The position numbers were made by a program, and so were the translations under genes. A DNA stretch of 63,803 nt, filler included, from Sphacelaria rigidula (lineage: Eukaryota): NCBI GenBank assembly GCA_964200075.2. It is 6 parts of 6 records of this genome, joined end to end, with 100 filler letters (N's around TTAATTAATTAA, not from the genome) between each part and the next. Parts side by side here need not be neighbours in the genome. Positions count along the whole stretch, not along the records: positions 53,254 to 63,803 come from CAXNAA020006295.1; 5 more parts are not named here. One strand, 5' to 3'. The notes under the pieces are model-generated. The model was not told the origin of the DNA. It searched no databases and saw only the letters and a program-made list of their open reading frames with translations. Position 1 is the first letter of the stretch. Each line of letters begins with the position of its first letter. Shown here piece after piece: positions 63,161 to 63,803 of the stretch.

Positions 63161-63600
63161 TGTCATGAGGACGCATATTAGTCTGTTATCATGCCACCTC
63201 AGGCCCGTTGATGAGTCGCTCTATATTTGCAATTGGGGTATCCTAAGGCTCAAAACTGCAGGTCTCTTCAGAGCTTGTATATGGTAGAGATGGTGACGGC
63301 TTGATTTGCACGATAGCAAATCAAGCCCCACCCCCTCTACTGCCCTCTCTCAGCAAGAAGTCTACCGCTGGTGAGACTGATATACTGAGTGTGATGTTGG
63401 ATTGATTGAGTGGATACTGGGAGGTCGAGATCAAGCAATAAAGAAGGAAGATACAACTTACGCGTGAGATATTTGTTACTTGAACACGTCTGTGTGACAC
63501 GGTGCTTCGTTCTTTGGGCCTGGCTGTTCGGTTCTGAGGACTGATCCCCTTACCTTGCCTAGTGAGCCTGTTCTTGCCATAACAGCACCGTAAGCTTATC
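63161..63600 (+). repeat. candidate 3' LTR of the gypsy element
   Basis: G-rich GGGTGGGTTAG immediately before TGTCATG, downstream of pol. There is no second LTR in the window and the end is undefined. Confidence 0.3.
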
Positions 63601-63632
63601 ATAGATTCGCGGTCAATGGTCCAACGACTAAG

Positions 63633-63803
63633 AACACGGGATCTTACAAATTGGGGATTATGACGCTAGCAGGTTTGCTAGGACTGCAGCGTTTAAATGC
63701 TGTTGAGGGACTCCCCAGCTTCACTGGCCTCAAGGTCTCAGTTGTCAGCCCTTACAACACCTTATCATTATCTCGGAGTGAAAACTCTACAGCCCTGCAC
63801 CAT
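63633..63803 (+). mobile_element. left end of an element sharing the 444-bp MITE TIR
   Basis: AACACGGGATCTTACAAATTGGGGAT (26 bp) is identical to the reverse complement of the MITE right end, then diverges. It sits directly after a poly(C)-LINE fragment (GGTCAATGGTCCAACGACTAAG). Confidence 0.7.

Overview
Eukaryotic, intron-rich, roughly 50% GC DNA. It is most likely a brown alga or related stramenopile; this is inferred from gene architecture and repeat types, not verified. The window is not one locus. It is six unrelated scaffolds of 10550-10551 bp (1-10551, 10652-21202, 21303-31853, 31954-42503, 42604-53153, 53254-63803) joined by 100-nt N44-TTAATTAATTAA-N44 linkers. Spliced genes reconstructed by hand: a YIPF1/2-like Yip1 protein, the first exon of an EXO1-like nuclease, a complete 7-exon METTL21-type (Methyltransf_16) methyltransferase, a divergent 107-aa unknown 4-exon gene, and part of a tandem-domain dCTP pyrophosphatase (MazG-like) with a GC-AG intron. 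The rest is mostly transposon debris: two decayed Ty3/gypsy elements, hAT, piggyBac and Stowaway-like non-autonomous elements, and tRNA-derived SINE-like repeats. Two observations stand out. First, there are non-LTR retroelements ending in poly(C), alongside others ending in (AATC)n and (AC)n, rather than poly(A). Second, four unrelated MITE families share 5'-RAC...GTY-3' termini and non-specific 4-bp target duplications, which I cannot match to a standard superfamily.
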